NCBI GenBank assembly: GCA_052035405.1
Contig: JBPOHQ010000004.1
Location: 70,687 to 134,686 of the forward strand
From: Candidatus Nomurabacteria bacterium
GTDB lineage: Bacteria; Patescibacteriota; Minisyncoccia; Phycocordibacterales; UBA9973
DNA: 64,000 nucleotides
Reading direction: 5' to 3'
The position numbers and the translations under genes are program-made. Positions within the stretch are counted from its first letter, which is position 1. Every line of letters begins with the position of its first letter. This document shows, in pieces, positions 9,797 through 19,733 of this stretch. The notes beneath the pieces are model-generated. The model saw nothing but the letters and a program-made list of their open reading frames with translations. It searched no databases and had not been told where the DNA came from.

Positions 9797-11239
9797 TTAT
9801 TTTATTAACTCTTTTAGTAATTTAATAACAACTTGAGGGTTTGCTGAGCCATTTGTTTCTTTGATTATTTTACCAACGAGGGACATGATAGCGTTTTCTT
9901 TACCACCCTTGTATGTAGTCACAACTTCAGGATTTTCAGAAATTATTTTTTCTACTATGCCCTTGAGTTCACCTTCGTCATTTTTCTGTAGAAGGTTTTT
10001 CTCTGTTGCTATCTTCAGCGGAGATTCATCGTTTAATACAATCATAGCGAGGATATCTTTTGCTCCACGAGAAGATATAGTGTTTTCTGAAAGCATATTT
10101 GCTAGCTCTGCAAAGTTTGTAGCACTTGGAAGTTTTACTTCGCTGTTTGCTTTTTTCAATCCCAAAAAGTCTGTCGTTATATAGTTTGACGCTACTTTTA
10201 TTTTTTCTGCATTACCGAGAATTTTAGCAACTTCTTCAAACCATAAAGCTAAAGACAAGTCATTTATATAACTCTCAATATCCTCATCTTTAATTCCAAA
10301 ATCTTTTCTGTAGCGTATTCTCTTTTCTTCTGGTAATTCCCCTAAGCTTTCTTTTAATTCTTTAAATTCTGGGCCACCAAAAGCTTCATAAAGTTTCATT
10401 TTAGCAAGGTCTGGATCGGGGAAATACCGGTAGTCCTCACTAGACTCCTTTTTCCTCTGAGACATTGTTTTCTGTTTTGCTTCATCCCATCCACGAGTTT
10501 CTTTGACTATTTCATCTTGCTTCCCTTCTTCCCAGAGTTCGATCATTCGTTCTACCTCATATTTGATAGCTTTTTCTACAGTCTTAAAAGAGTTTAAGTT
10601 TTTAACCTCCACATAACCTTTCCATAATTTGTCTTTCTCTGGAGACACAGAGACGTTCGCCTCTACACGCATCTCACCCTTTTCCATATTCGCTTCTGAG
10701 GCACCGATGTATTGCAAAAGTAGCTGATACTCCTTTGCAAAATTACTTGCCACCTTTGCTGCTTCATTAGGGTCTTCAAAAGTATGCGGTTCGGTCACAA
10801 GCTCCATCAGCGGAACTCCAGCACGATTAAAATCAATTAAAGAAAAATCTCCTCTATCATGCTTGTTATTTGCAGTATCTTCCTCTAGGTGAATCCGAGT
10901 CACATCCATATTTGCAAGTCGTCCACCAGAGACTATTGGGTATTTGAGCTGAGAAATCTGATACCCTTTTGGAATATCAGGATAAAAATAGTTCTTACGA
11001 TCAAACTCTGAGAAGTCAGCAATCTTTGCTCCTATAGCAAGACCTACACGGATAACTTGCTCTATGGCCTTTTTATTAGGAACTGGTAATGCTCCTGGAT
11101 GTGCCATACATACAGGACATATATTAACGTTTGGTTTTGTTTCGTCCGGATCGTTCTTGCAAGCACAGAACATTTTTGTCTTGGTCTTGAGCTCCGCGTG
11201 TATTTCAAGTCCGATGGTTGTGTAATATTTTTTCTCCAT
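9797..11239 (-). CDS. gatB: Asp/Glu-tRNA amidotransferase subunit B
   Basis: IGLEIHAEL, RKNYFYPD, YRYFPDPDL. Confidence 0.97.
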   Translation of the reverse strand: MEKKYYTTIGLEIHAELKTKTKMFCACKNDPDETKPNVNICPVCMAHPGALPVPNKKAIEQVIRVGLAIGAKIADFSEFDRKNYFYPDIPKGYQISQLKYPIVSGGRLANMDVTRIHLEEDTANNKHDRGDFSLIDFNRAGVPLMELVTEPHTFEDPNEAAKVASNFAKEYQLLLQYIGASEANMEKGEMRVEANVSVSPEKDKLWKGYVEVKNLNSFKTVEKAIKYEVERMIELWEEGKQDEIVKETRGWDEAKQKTMSQRKKESSEDYRYFPDPDLAKMKLYEAFGGPEFKELKESLGELPEEKRIRYRKDFGIKDEDIESYINDLSLALWFEEVAKILGNAEKIKVASNYITTDFLGLKKANSEVKLPSATNFAELANMLSENTISSRGAKDILAMIVLNDESPLKIATEKNLLQKNDEGELKGIVEKIISENPEVVTTYKGGKENAIMSLVGKIIKETNGSANPQVVIKLLKELIK

Positions 11240-11256
11240 TGTTTTATTATTATAGC

Positions 11257-12267
11257 CTAAATCTTTTTTAAAATCTTAGTAAGTTCATCTTTGAATTCTT
11301 TAGTACTTTTGTCGTCAAATAGTGATATAGTAAAGACCTTTTTACCGAGTTTTTCAAACTTAGCTTTTTCTTTTTCAATAACTTTCTCTAGTTTTGCTCC
11401 TTCTAATGGTATTACATCAGTCTTTGTTAGTATTATTATCTCATCTTTTTCTGCTAAGCCTTCAGATCCAAGACCTACGGACTTATCATACTTCTCTAAC
11501 TCCTTACGTATCTCTTTATAACTCTTCATCATATTTGGATTCTCAAAAGATACAAGATGAGCCAAAACTTTTGTCCTTTTAATATGTCGCAAGAATTTTA
11601 TACCAAGTCCCTTGCCTTCTGAGGCACCTTCGATAACTCCTGGAATATCAGCGATAATGTATTTATAAAACACTCCGAGGTTTGGATCTAGCGTAGTAAA
11701 AGCATAGTCTCCTACTTTTGCATCAGCGTTTGTAAGTACATTCAAAAGGGATGACTTGCCAGCGTTTGGCAACCCTACAAGTCCAAGATCAGCAAAAAGT
11801 TCGAGCTCTATTTGAAAATTTCCTTTTTCTCCTTCAGCTCCTTCATTTGCTTTAAGTGGAGTCACATTCGTAGAGCTTTTAAAATGCTCATTCCCAAACC
11901 CTCCATACCCACCCTTGAGTAGTAATACTTTTTGTCCTTCTTTTTCGAGTCTATACACTTCTTCTGTATCTAAGTTTGTGATGACTGTTCCTACAGGAAC
12001 TTCAAGCATAAAATCCTCTCCGCTTTTTCCATGAAGACTTTTTCCCCCACCGTCTTCACCTTTTTCTCCAATGAACTTCTTTTTTGCTTTATATTTTGAA
12101 AGTATATTTACATCTCTTACAGCAACAGCATAGAAGTCTGCTCCACGACCTCCATCTCCTCCAGCAGGACCACCTTTCGGTATAAATTTTTCTTGTCGCC
12201 AGCGTACAACACCGTTTCCACCACGTCCTGCTTCTGCGTATATTTTTAATTCGTCAGTAAATGCCAT
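11257..12267 (-). CDS. obgE: GTPase ObgE
   Basis: Gly-rich OBG fold, GLPNAGKS, ADIPG, TKTD. Confidence 0.97.
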   Translation of the reverse strand: MAFTDELKIYAEAGRGGNGVVRWRQEKFIPKGGPAGGDGGRGADFYAVAVRDVNILSKYKAKKKFIGEKGEDGGGKSLHGKSGEDFMLEVPVGTVITNLDTEEVYRLEKEGQKVLLLKGGYGGFGNEHFKSSTNVTPLKANEGAEGEKGNFQIELELFADLGLVGLPNAGKSSLLNVLTNADAKVGDYAFTTLDPNLGVFYKYIIADIPGVIEGASEGKGLGIKFLRHIKRTKVLAHLVSFENPNMMKSYKEIRKELEKYDKSVGLGSEGLAEKDEIIILTKTDVIPLEGAKLEKVIEKEKAKFEKLGKKVFTISLFDDKSTKEFKDELTKILKKI

Positions 12268-13196
12268 AAATTTTTCTTTGTTTTTATTGATAAAGACTTT
12301 TGAGCTATTGCCATAGCACCCTCTTTAGAATGTGCTGTTATCAAAAATCCACCCCTGTGAGCAAATAATGCATCAGGCACACCGGTGAGCTCTTTGAGTC
12401 TTGGATCATTATTTACCCCAAGTCTCCAACTCTCTGGAAACATCTTTCTACTTTCAAATGTAGTACGATTTTTAGCTATTGCCTCAGCTTTCCAGTTTTT
12501 ACCAAATATACCAGGGTATACTGTGTAAATAGGCTCAGGTAGCTCGGAAAGAACTCTTTGAAATAAATATCTAGGAAAAGATATGTCCATCTCTACAATT
12601 CTTTTATCTTTTGAATTGTTGTAAAATTCTAGAATTTTCTTTTTACCTTCTACATCGTCTGTTGCTACCTTTATCTCTCTTTTCAAAATTTCAACTGCCT
12701 TCATCACTTGATCCATAAACACCTCATCTATGTTTACATTGTTTTCTTCTTTCCATGTTGGATGATAAGACATGAGCATCTGGTCAGCAGTATATGGGTA
12801 AATATTTTTATATTTTATATTGACTAAATCTATACCGTTATCAACTGCATCTATAGGGGAAACAAGTTTTCTTTCTATTTCATCAGCTGCTTCTTTGTCT
12901 CCACATATTTGTTCTCCAAATTTTTTCCAAACCAACCCAAAAGAAGCATACTCTATACCGTTTTCATGCATACCCGCACCACCTTGCTGATGATGGTCAA
13001 ACCGATCTGTTTCCTCATCATATACCCCACCAACATCAAACACAACATCTGCTTTTTCTATAAGTTCGGTCTCCCGAGTACGAGTGACTCTTATACGTCC
13101 GTTTAGTAGTACATAAAGAGTTGCACACGCAAAAACATCATCGGCATGAAATGATCCATTGTGAGTAACTAAATTGTTAATTCCTTTCGTTATCAT
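12246..13196 (-). CDS. MYG1-family exonuclease
   Basis: THNGSFHADD, FDHHQ, FAHRGGF. Confidence 0.92.
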   Translation of the reverse strand: MITKGINNLVTHNGSFHADDVFACATLYVLLNGRIRVTRTRETELIEKADVVFDVGGVYDEETDRFDHHQQGGAGMHENGIEYASFGLVWKKFGEQICGDKEAADEIERKLVSPIDAVDNGIDLVNIKYKNIYPYTADQMLMSYHPTWKEENNVNIDEVFMDQVMKAVEILKREIKVATDDVEGKKKILEFYNNSKDKRIVEMDISFPRYLFQRVLSELPEPIYTVYPGIFGKNWKAEAIAKNRTTFESRKMFPESWRLGVNNDPRLKELTGVPDALFAHRGGFLITAHSKEGAMAIAQKSLSIKTKKNLWHLLTN

Positions 13197-13242
13197 AAAA
13201 TCATTCAGATCTAAAGAACATCCTTATTAGATATTTCGTATT

Positions 13243-13692
13243 TTAAAACAAAGAATCTACCACTTCTTTTACGACCGTTCCATCTGCTTTACCTTTGAGG
13301 TCTTTCATAAGCCCTGCCATCAGTATTCCTTTTTTTGTAGCATCAGTTAGACCAAGTTCTTCTTTTTTTATTTGTGCAATCTTCAGGACTTCATCTCGTT
13401 CCATCATTTTTGGTAAATATTTTTCTAAAATCGCAAGCTCTGCTTCTTCTTCTTTTACTAAATCTTCCCTACCTCCTTTTTTAAATTGCTCTATTGAATC
13501 TTTTCTTTGTTTTGAAAGTTTTGTAATAACAGCTAAGGTCTCCTCATCCGTTAGGAACTCATCAGGCTTACGGCCTTTTACCATAACTTCACTCATAAAA
13601 GCTGCAACCATATTACGAAGTGCCTTAAGCAGTACAGCATCCTTAGCTATCATCGCTTCTTTAATTCCTCCTTTTATTTGTTCGTGTAACAT
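13243..13692 (-). CDS. GatB/YqeY domain protein
   Basis: KQRKDSIEQF..GGREDL..EE..IL..YLP. Confidence 0.92.
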   Translation of the reverse strand: MLHEQIKGGIKEAMIAKDAVLLKALRNMVAAFMSEVMVKGRKPDEFLTDEETLAVITKLSKQRKDSIEQFKKGGREDLVKEEEAELAILEKYLPKMMERDEVLKIAQIKKEELGLTDATKKGILMAGLMKDLKGKADGTVVKEVVDSLF

Positions 13693-13711
13693 ATATAAAA
13701 ATTTTATTTCT

Positions 13712-13819
13712 AAAAAGAAATATTATTATTTATGGAGTCTTTCACAGGACGACGGTCCGAGAATAAGCAAAAATTCAGCAGAATTTTATGCGACTCCAGA
13801 AATGATGATATTTCTTTTT
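13712..13819 (+). repeat. MITE/REP-like multi-hairpin element
   Basis: About 28-bp imperfect terminal inverted repeats enclosing GGAC-GACG-GTCC and AAAATTC-AGCA-GAATTTT hairpins. Confidence 0.7.
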
Positions 13820-13851
13820 CTATTATACTAACAACATGCTAAAATAGCTAT

Positions 13852-14568
13852 ATGAAAAAAATCATATTTTTTGACACAGAGACCACTGGAAATGAAACCA
13901 AAGACTTTCTCTGTCAGATAGCATACAAGACAGATAATGAGACTTTTAGTGGTCTCTACAAACCTCCTTTCAAAATTCCACCAGAGGCATCAGCAGTGCA
14001 CCACATATCAAACAAAATGGTTGAGGATAAACCTGCATTTAGTGAAAGTCCTGATAGTAAAAAAATCAAGGATTTGTTTGAAGATGCAAATTCTGTCGTC
14101 GTGGCCCACAATGCACCTTTTGACTTGATGATTATTAAAAAAGAAGACATCACTCCAGCAAACTTTATCTGCACCCTCCGAGTCGCTCGACAATTGGACA
14201 CAGAAGAAAAGATAGAAAAATACAATCTCCAATACTTGCGATACCTACTCGACATAGAAGTAGAAGCTCAGGCTCATGATGCACTTGGTGACGTCCTCGT
14301 ACTCGAAAAACTTTTTGAAAGGTTAAAGAAAAAAATAATAGACACAGACGGCGTAAATGAAGAAGAAGCTATAAATAAAATGATAGAGATATCTTCACAC
14401 CCTTCTATATTTACCAAGCTAAACTTTGGAAAACACAAAGGCAAGAGAATTGAAGAAGTCCTCCAGACAGACCGCGGATGGCTCCAGTGGTTACTCGACG
14501 AAAAGACTAAAAGTGAAGTTCCGGATGAAGATTGGATATATACACTCAAACACTATTTACAAAAATAA
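13852..14568 (+). CDS. DEDDh 3'-5' exonuclease (ExoX-like) with FGKHKG C-terminal domain
   Basis: DTETTG, AHNAPFD, AHDALGD, FGKHKG. Confidence 0.9.
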   Translation: MKKIIFFDTETTGNETKDFLCQIAYKTDNETFSGLYKPPFKIPPEASAVHHISNKMVEDKPAFSESPDSKKIKDLFEDANSVVVAHNAPFDLMIIKKEDITPANFICTLRVARQLDTEEKIEKYNLQYLRYLLDIEVEAQAHDALGDVLVLEKLFERLKKKIIDTDGVNEEEAINKMIEISSHPSIFTKLNFGKHKGKRIEEVLQTDRGWLQWLLDEKTKSEVPDEDWIYTLKHYLQK

Positions 14569-14596
14569 AACCCCTGCACTTTTGCAGGGGGATTTT
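14567..14596. terminator. Bidirectional terminator
   Basis: CCCCTGCA/TGCAGGGG stem between convergent genes. Confidence 0.7.
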
Positions 14597-14611
14597 AAAA
14601 TTTAAAAAAAA

Positions 14612-15103
14612 TTATTTTTTGGTTCTGATTATAGGAAAGATTTTCAGACTAATCAAAACAGCCACTACAAATCCTCCCAATAAAAAAATTGCTGTTTGAT
14701 GGTTTTCATACCAAACAACAACTCCGTCCCACCACTCTAAAAAAGGAAGCCAGACTTTTAAATAAAACAAATACCCAAAAAAACAGATTAAACCAAAAAT
14801 TATCGCTCTCATTCCTAGCCAGGCAACAAAAAAGTTTATTCGAATCTTTTTTTCCTTTTCTTGTTGCTCTGCAGAACGAGCATTTTCTTCTGCTTCCTTT
14901 GCTTCTTGGTAGGCTTCAGAATTTTGAGAAATTTTTTCCCAGGCTTTTGATATATCAAAAGGTGTTCCTTCTCCCCACAAAGCAGCATTTATTTTTTTCC
15001 ACAAGGAAATACGTTCCTCGTATGTCCCCGTAGTTACACTGTTACGGCAAGTATCCAAAATCTCATCAGAAATTTCTGGATAAGTTTTTTTCCTGTATTC
15101 CAT
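14612..15103 (-). CDS. Hypothetical membrane protein
   Basis: ORF with C-terminal TM segments, own TTGACA promoter. Confidence 0.65.
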   Translation of the reverse strand: MEYRKKTYPEISDEILDTCRNSVTTGTYEERISLWKKINAALWGEGTPFDISKAWEKISQNSEAYQEAKEAEENARSAEQQEKEKKIRINFFVAWLGMRAIIFGLICFFGYLFYLKVWLPFLEWWDGVVVWYENHQTAIFLLGGFVVAVLISLKIFPIIRTKK

Positions 15104-15213
15104 GAATATGAATATTTTTTAAGTGAACAAATTTATTTTTCAATCATAGTTAACAATATTTAGATAGGATTGTCAACACATACAAACTCTTGTAATATTG
15201 CTAAAATCATACT

Positions 15214-16275
15214 ATGCAGAATATTGAATCTATTATTATCGCATTGCTTGTAGGCGGGATTGTCGCTTACTTTATTTTTGGTAGAAAAAAGGAGGCTCAG
15301 ATCGAAGAAAAGAAAGACGACATAGGCTTAAATCTAATACTCACTCAGCTCAATGAGCTTAGCAGAACTGTAGACAACAAGCTCGGCGAGAGTCAAAAGC
15401 AGGTAAACGAAAGCCTCAAATTCCATTCAAGTGAATCCAACAGAATTATCCAAGATGTAACAGAAAAGCTCACAAGACTAGATGAGACGAACAAGCAAGT
15501 CATATCTTTCGCAGATCAACTCCAAAGTCTGGAAAACATTTTAAAGAATCCAAAACAACGCGGTATCCTCGGCGAATACTATTTAGAGACAGTGTTAAAA
15601 AATGTTCTTCCTCCAGGCAGCTATCAGATGCAATACCCTTTTCCTGATGGGACTATCGTCGATGCTGTTGTGTTCGTTAAAGACAAAATAATTCCAATAG
15701 ATTCCAAATTCTCTCTCGAGAACTATAACAAAATGATAGAGGCGATAGATACGACAGAGAAGAAAAGGCTCGAGACAGTATTCGTAAATGATTTAAAAAA
15801 TAGAATAGTAGAGACTTCTAAATACGTGCAGCCCGGACAGAGAACAACGGACTTCGCTTTCATGTTTATCCCTCACGAAGCTATATATTATGATCTAATT
15901 ACAAACAAGATTGGTGGGCTTAAGGATGAAGAAAATGAAAATCTGATCCAAAGAGCAAGTGGTAAATACAAAGTCATTATCACTTCCCCTACTTCTTTCT
16001 TAGCTTATTTACAGACAGTATTACAAGGTTTGAAAGCGTTACAAATAGAAGAATCAGCAAAAGAGATAATAAAGAGAGTCGAAGAACTCGGTAAGCATTT
16101 AAAGAGTTATGATGAATACCACAACAAGCTCGGGACTTCCCTCTCTACTGTGGTAAACCATTACAATTCTTCAAACAAAGAACTGAAGAAAATAGACAAA
16201 GATGTACTTCGTATTGCTGGTACTTCTCCGGAACTTAGTTTACTTGAGATAACAAAACCTGAAATACATGACTGA
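15214..16275 (+). CDS. rmuC: DNA recombination protein RmuC
   Basis: N-terminal TM, RGILGE, PIDSKF, TTDFAFMFIP, SPTS. Confidence 0.93.
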   Translation: MQNIESIIIALLVGGIVAYFIFGRKKEAQIEEKKDDIGLNLILTQLNELSRTVDNKLGESQKQVNESLKFHSSESNRIIQDVTEKLTRLDETNKQVISFADQLQSLENILKNPKQRGILGEYYLETVLKNVLPPGSYQMQYPFPDGTIVDAVVFVKDKIIPIDSKFSLENYNKMIEAIDTTEKKRLETVFVNDLKNRIVETSKYVQPGQRTTDFAFMFIPHEAIYYDLITNKIGGLKDEENENLIQRASGKYKVIITSPTSFLAYLQTVLQGLKALQIEESAKEIIKRVEELGKHLKSYDEYHNKLGTSLSTVVNHYNSSNKELKKIDKDVLRIAGTSPELSLLEITKPEIHD

Positions 16276-16900
16276 AAAAGGACTTAGAAAGAAAATAGAA
16301 AATACAGCTAAAAGGGTTACCGAACTTGGTGCAGACAAGTTGATATTTTTTGAAGGTAAACCTGAAGAAACAGAAACAGCGAAAATTGTTAAAAATGAGA
16401 CCTTACCCATTACAGAAACCCCTAAAAAGGAGACAATAGACAACAAAAGGATAAACATTCCAAATGATCCAAATTTTGTAAAAGGATATTCTATTCCAAA
16501 AAATTCAGTGGGTAATACTTTGCCAGATTTTAACTTTGAAAAAATACAAGTATTGGGTTCTGTCGTTGGTTCGTTAGAAAATGAAGACGTCGTTCGAATC
16601 GAATATATAGGACATGGGGCAGTTCTTCGTACAAATGGATCGGGATTTGATCATGTTTTTTATTTTAAATCTCAAATAAGAAATCCTAAAGGAAAAATAA
16701 TAGATACAAATTACTATCCTTCTCATCGTGAGAGCGGACATATTACATCTAAAGGTAGCAATAGTACTTTTTATGGGTGGTTTTTAAATTTACTTGAACT
16801 TGAAATAAAAAGTTTAAAAATAGAACAAACAGAATGGGTACCCAATACTCGTAAAAATGGGTTCTATAGTTTTAGGTGCTTTGCACCAAAAGAAATATAG
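16268..16900 (+). CDS. Hypothetical protein
   Basis: 210-aa ORF overlapping rmuC stop; no motif recognised. Confidence 0.6.
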   Translation: MTEKGLRKKIENTAKRVTELGADKLIFFEGKPEETETAKIVKNETLPITETPKKETIDNKRINIPNDPNFVKGYSIPKNSVGNTLPDFNFEKIQVLGSVVGSLENEDVVRIEYIGHGAVLRTNGSGFDHVFYFKSQIRNPKGKIIDTNYYPSHRESGHITSKGSNSTFYGWFLNLLELEIKSLKIEQTEWVPNTRKNGFYSFRCFAPKEI

Positions 16901-16960
16901 ATAGTACCCTTACCTGAGTGGTATCTAATATTTTTCTTGCTTATACCTCTCTTAAAATAG

Positions 16961-17053
16961 TGGTGAGCGTTCAGCAGATAGAACTAAACGATTCCTTACC
17001 CCACAAGGTCGGTTTGGTGGATTTTAGTAAAGTAAAACGACCCTTCTCGTGCG
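16961..17053 (-). repeat. Cassette right-end element, copy 1
   Basis: + strand TGGTGAGCGTTCAGCAGATAGAAC-N53-CGACCCTTCTCGTGCG; homologous to 39292 and 40373. Confidence 0.9.
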
Positions 17054-17740
17054 TCAATTATCTAAATCAATCTTGTCTAGAGAAATTTGTTCTTTAAAAG
17101 TTTTTCCTGTTTCTTTTTCCGCAATGTATGCCATTAGTAGAAGTAAACCTGTGGTATATCCAAAAATTAAAGCGTATAGAGATTCATCCAGTTTCTGTTT
17201 AAGTCCTCCATCGTCATTATATACATTAGCTTCAACTCGATACTTCTTATCTTTCACATATATAAAAACATTTGCCGTCTTATGTACCGAAGAATCTCTT
17301 AAATTTCTTAGGTCAGAAAAAATTTTATTATCAAGATGTTTTCTAAATTTTTCTTCAATTTCTGGATATTCACCTGATTGAACCTTCTTAAGAAATTTAT
17401 TAAAACTTTTTTGCTGGACACCATATTGATCTTTGAGAAAAATGAGTAGGTAGTCATAAATAGATCTTGCTAGAGTTAAATAGCTTTCAAATAACCCTGC
17501 CAATATCTCATGGTTTACATCATGTTTCGCATCATTTATTTCTTTTTCACCAGCTTTGTATAAAATGTCCCCAATTATTCCAGTCCTAAAAAGACGAAAA
17601 AAGATTTGTGATGAAATTTGACCTTTCTTTTTATGGAGTACATTTTTAACAAAATAATTCTGAGATAATGCATGAAAAGCATATGAGGATGGTTTATCAA
17701 AACTAAATTTAAAATATTTATTTGTAAGCTCTAATGACAT
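17054..17740 (-). CDS. Putative HEPN-domain RNase (Cthe_2314-like)
   Basis: Helical protein with RSIYDYL helix and Rx4H motif RDSSVH. Confidence 0.65.
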   Translation of the reverse strand: MSLELTNKYFKFSFDKPSSYAFHALSQNYFVKNVLHKKKGQISSQIFFRLFRTGIIGDILYKAGEKEINDAKHDVNHEILAGLFESYLTLARSIYDYLLIFLKDQYGVQQKSFNKFLKKVQSGEYPEIEEKFRKHLDNKIFSDLRNLRDSSVHKTANVFIYVKDKKYRVEANVYNDDGGLKQKLDESLYALIFGYTTGLLLLMAYIAEKETGKTFKEQISLDKIDLDN

Positions 17741-17761
17741 ATACCAATATCATATACAGCA

Positions 17762-17788
17762 CCTTCTCGTGCGCGCTGTTGACGGTGA
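17762..17788 (-). repeat. Cassette left-end motif
   Basis: TCACC-GTCAACAGCG-CGCACGAGAAGG directly after tRNA-Glu. Confidence 0.8.
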
Positions 17789-17857
17789 CCTCACGGAGAA
17801 TCGAACTCCGATTAGCGGATTGAGAACCCGCTGTCCTAACCGTTAGACGATGAGGCC
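17786..17857 (-). tRNA. tRNA-Glu(CUC)
   Basis: GGCCTCA...TGAGGTC-A cloverleaf, anticodon loop TT-CTC-AA; followed by CCG. Confidence 0.95.
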
Positions 17858-17920
17858 AATATAACTAAACTACACTAAAATACTAACAAAATAAAGTTTT
17901 TTTGCAAAATAAAAATAAAA

Positions 17921-17958
17921 AAGCTCAGGCCCTACAAATACATGTAGTTCCTGAGCTT
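17921..17958 (-). terminator. Intrinsic terminator
   Basis: AAGCTCAGG/CCTGAGCTT stem followed by T-rich run on minus strand. Confidence 0.55.
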
Positions 17959-17980
17959 TAATTATTATTACAAAGTTGTT

Positions 17981-18466
17981 TTAGTATAACATAGCAACCC
18001 TGCAAGTGTCAGAACAAAAATAAATACTATCTGCTTTTATAAAGACCTTTTCAGGTAGCCATGTAAAATAAACTTTTCTTCTAAAGAAAGTATCATTTTC
18101 TGCTGTAAGCACATGTATCATACCTCCATCACTAAAAATAGCCACTTCTTTTTGTTCTATTTGTTCTATTTTTATTTTTGTAAAGTTAACTTTTGATAAA
18201 GTTGTTATAGGAACAAGCCCCTTGTCTACAGAAAGTAAATTAAGTGTATAAAAACCATAATTAGATATAGCAAAAACAATAAACTTTTTTTGAGAGTCGT
18301 ATAAAATTTGTGAAAAATCAAGATTATTATTGTTTTCAATCCTACAAAAACCATGGTCTTTTTGACAAGGAACAATATAATAATCTAAAGAATCATGTAA
18401 TAATTGTTCCCGCAAAAAAATCCCAAGAAAAACCAAAATAAGAACTATGAACAGCTTACCTAACAT
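17981..18466 (-). CDS. Hypothetical exported protein
   Basis: N-terminal hydrophobic helix; TTGACT-17-TAGGTT promoter upstream. Confidence 0.6.
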   Translation of the reverse strand: MLGKLFIVLILVFLGIFLREQLLHDSLDYYIVPCQKDHGFCRIENNNNLDFSQILYDSQKKFIVFAISNYGFYTLNLLSVDKGLVPITTLSKVNFTKIKIEQIEQKEVAIFSDGGMIHVLTAENDTFFRRKVYFTWLPEKVFIKADSIYFCSDTCRVAMLY

Positions 18467-18646
18467 GAAAAAAAAATTTAAAGGTGAAGGAAAAAAATAA
18501 TTTATTTAAAATTCCATTCTTTCGTCATCTTTAAAACAAATTTTTTAAAGAACAAATTAGTTACCTTTTTAACCTAACACGACTAAACAAAAAAGTCAAT
18601 AAAACTACAAGAGCATTTGTAGAACATTCAGAGTATAATTACCTAC

Positions 18647-19291
18647 ATGGAAAATCTTCCTTTAGCAAATATCCCCTTTGAGCATTTGTCCCCCATTTGG
18701 TTTGTTTTGATTGCTATCGTAGCAAATGCATTCCCTCCTGTACCTGAAGAAATATTTCTCTTGTATTTTGGCTACCTTGCGAACATTCGACCTGACATCA
18801 TATCTTTCTGGCAGATAAACCTTTTTCTCATTATAGGATTCTTACTTATAGACTCGCTCGTATACCACCTCGCATTAAAAGGACACAAGGTAATACACTT
18901 TATACTTAAAAAGATTTTAGACGTAAACCTAGACGAGAAAGAAGAATTCTTAAATAAGCATATCTATAAAATAATATTCATATCTCGTTTCCTCGTTCAA
19001 CTCAGAGCATTGGGCCCTATTACAGCTGCACGACTCAAACTCCCTTTTAAAAATTTTCTGAAAATGGACTTTTTAGCACTTGTGGTATATGTGCCGACAG
19101 TCATGGGTATCGGATACTACTTTGCTCATAGCGTAGAAAAGATATTTTCTGGAACAAAAGTCATAAACAACATCATGTTTTCAGGGGTTATTATCCTCAT
19201 TTCTTTAATCATCTTAAAAAGATTAAGAAAAATACTTCTAAGTGAATTCAAAGGAGAGACGAACCACATAAAATCATTTCTAAAAATGTAA
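18647..19291 (+). CDS. DedA/VTT-family membrane protein
   Basis: PVPEE, IFISRF motifs, multiple TMs. Confidence 0.85.
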   Translation: MENLPLANIPFEHLSPIWFVLIAIVANAFPPVPEEIFLLYFGYLANIRPDIISFWQINLFLIIGFLLIDSLVYHLALKGHKVIHFILKKILDVNLDEKEEFLNKHIYKIIFISRFLVQLRALGPITAARLKLPFKNFLKMDFLALVVYVPTVMGIGYYFAHSVEKIFSGTKVINNIMFSGVIILISLIILKRLRKILLSEFKGETNHIKSFLKM

Positions 19292-19321
19292 TTTTTTAAT
19301 TTATATGATAAAGTGGTGTTT

Positions 19322-19696
19322 ATGGATTTAATCAATAAATTTGATGAAAGTGGCCACATGATGAGCCCTGAGCTTCCAAAAGAAGTCAGAAATTATTTAA
19401 TAGATATAGACGGTACTGTCTGTGAAGACATCCCAAATGAAGAACCAGAACGCATGCTCACTGCAAAAGAGATAGATGGAGCAAAAGAAGCGGTAAATAC
19501 ATTTTTTGATCAAGGACACAAAATAACCTTTTTTACTTCTCGCACTGAAGCTCATAGAGTGAACACTGAAACGTGGCTTAAAGAACATGGATTCAACTAC
19601 CATGGAATAATTTTTGGGAAACCTCGTGGTGGCAACTACTATTTTATAGACGACAAGCTAGAGAAAGGGATAAAATTTAAAGGCTCTTTTGAATAA
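19322..19696 (+). CDS. Small HAD-superfamily hydrolase
   Basis: DIDGT, FFTSR, GKPRGG..IDD motifs. Confidence 0.85.
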   Translation: MDLINKFDESGHMMSPELPKEVRNYLIDIDGTVCEDIPNEEPERMLTAKEIDGAKEAVNTFFDQGHKITFFTSRTEAHRVNTETWLKEHGFNYHGIIFGKPRGGNYYFIDDKLEKGIKFKGSFE

Positions 19697-19733
19697 TTTA
19701 TGAAAAACATGGATTAGATTGTATAATATAAGG

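Larger units (their letters stand above)
16962..17788 (-). mobile_element. tRNA-Glu(CUC)-anchored mini integrative unit A
   Basis: TCACC direct repeats at both ends; 12-bp CGCACGAGAAGG direct repeat flanking the cargo ORF. Confidence 0.7.

Noticed and set aside
13295-13831. 178-aa + strand ORF and similar antisense ORFs (e.g. 4468, 8164, 28267, 30029, 52891)
   Set aside because: Shadows of well-supported genes on the opposite strand, with no motifs
16961-17053. Right-end element as a functional tRNA
   Set aside because: Only the 3' ~24 nt are tRNA-like; no matching 5' acceptor strand, T-stem 5' strand or anticodon arm
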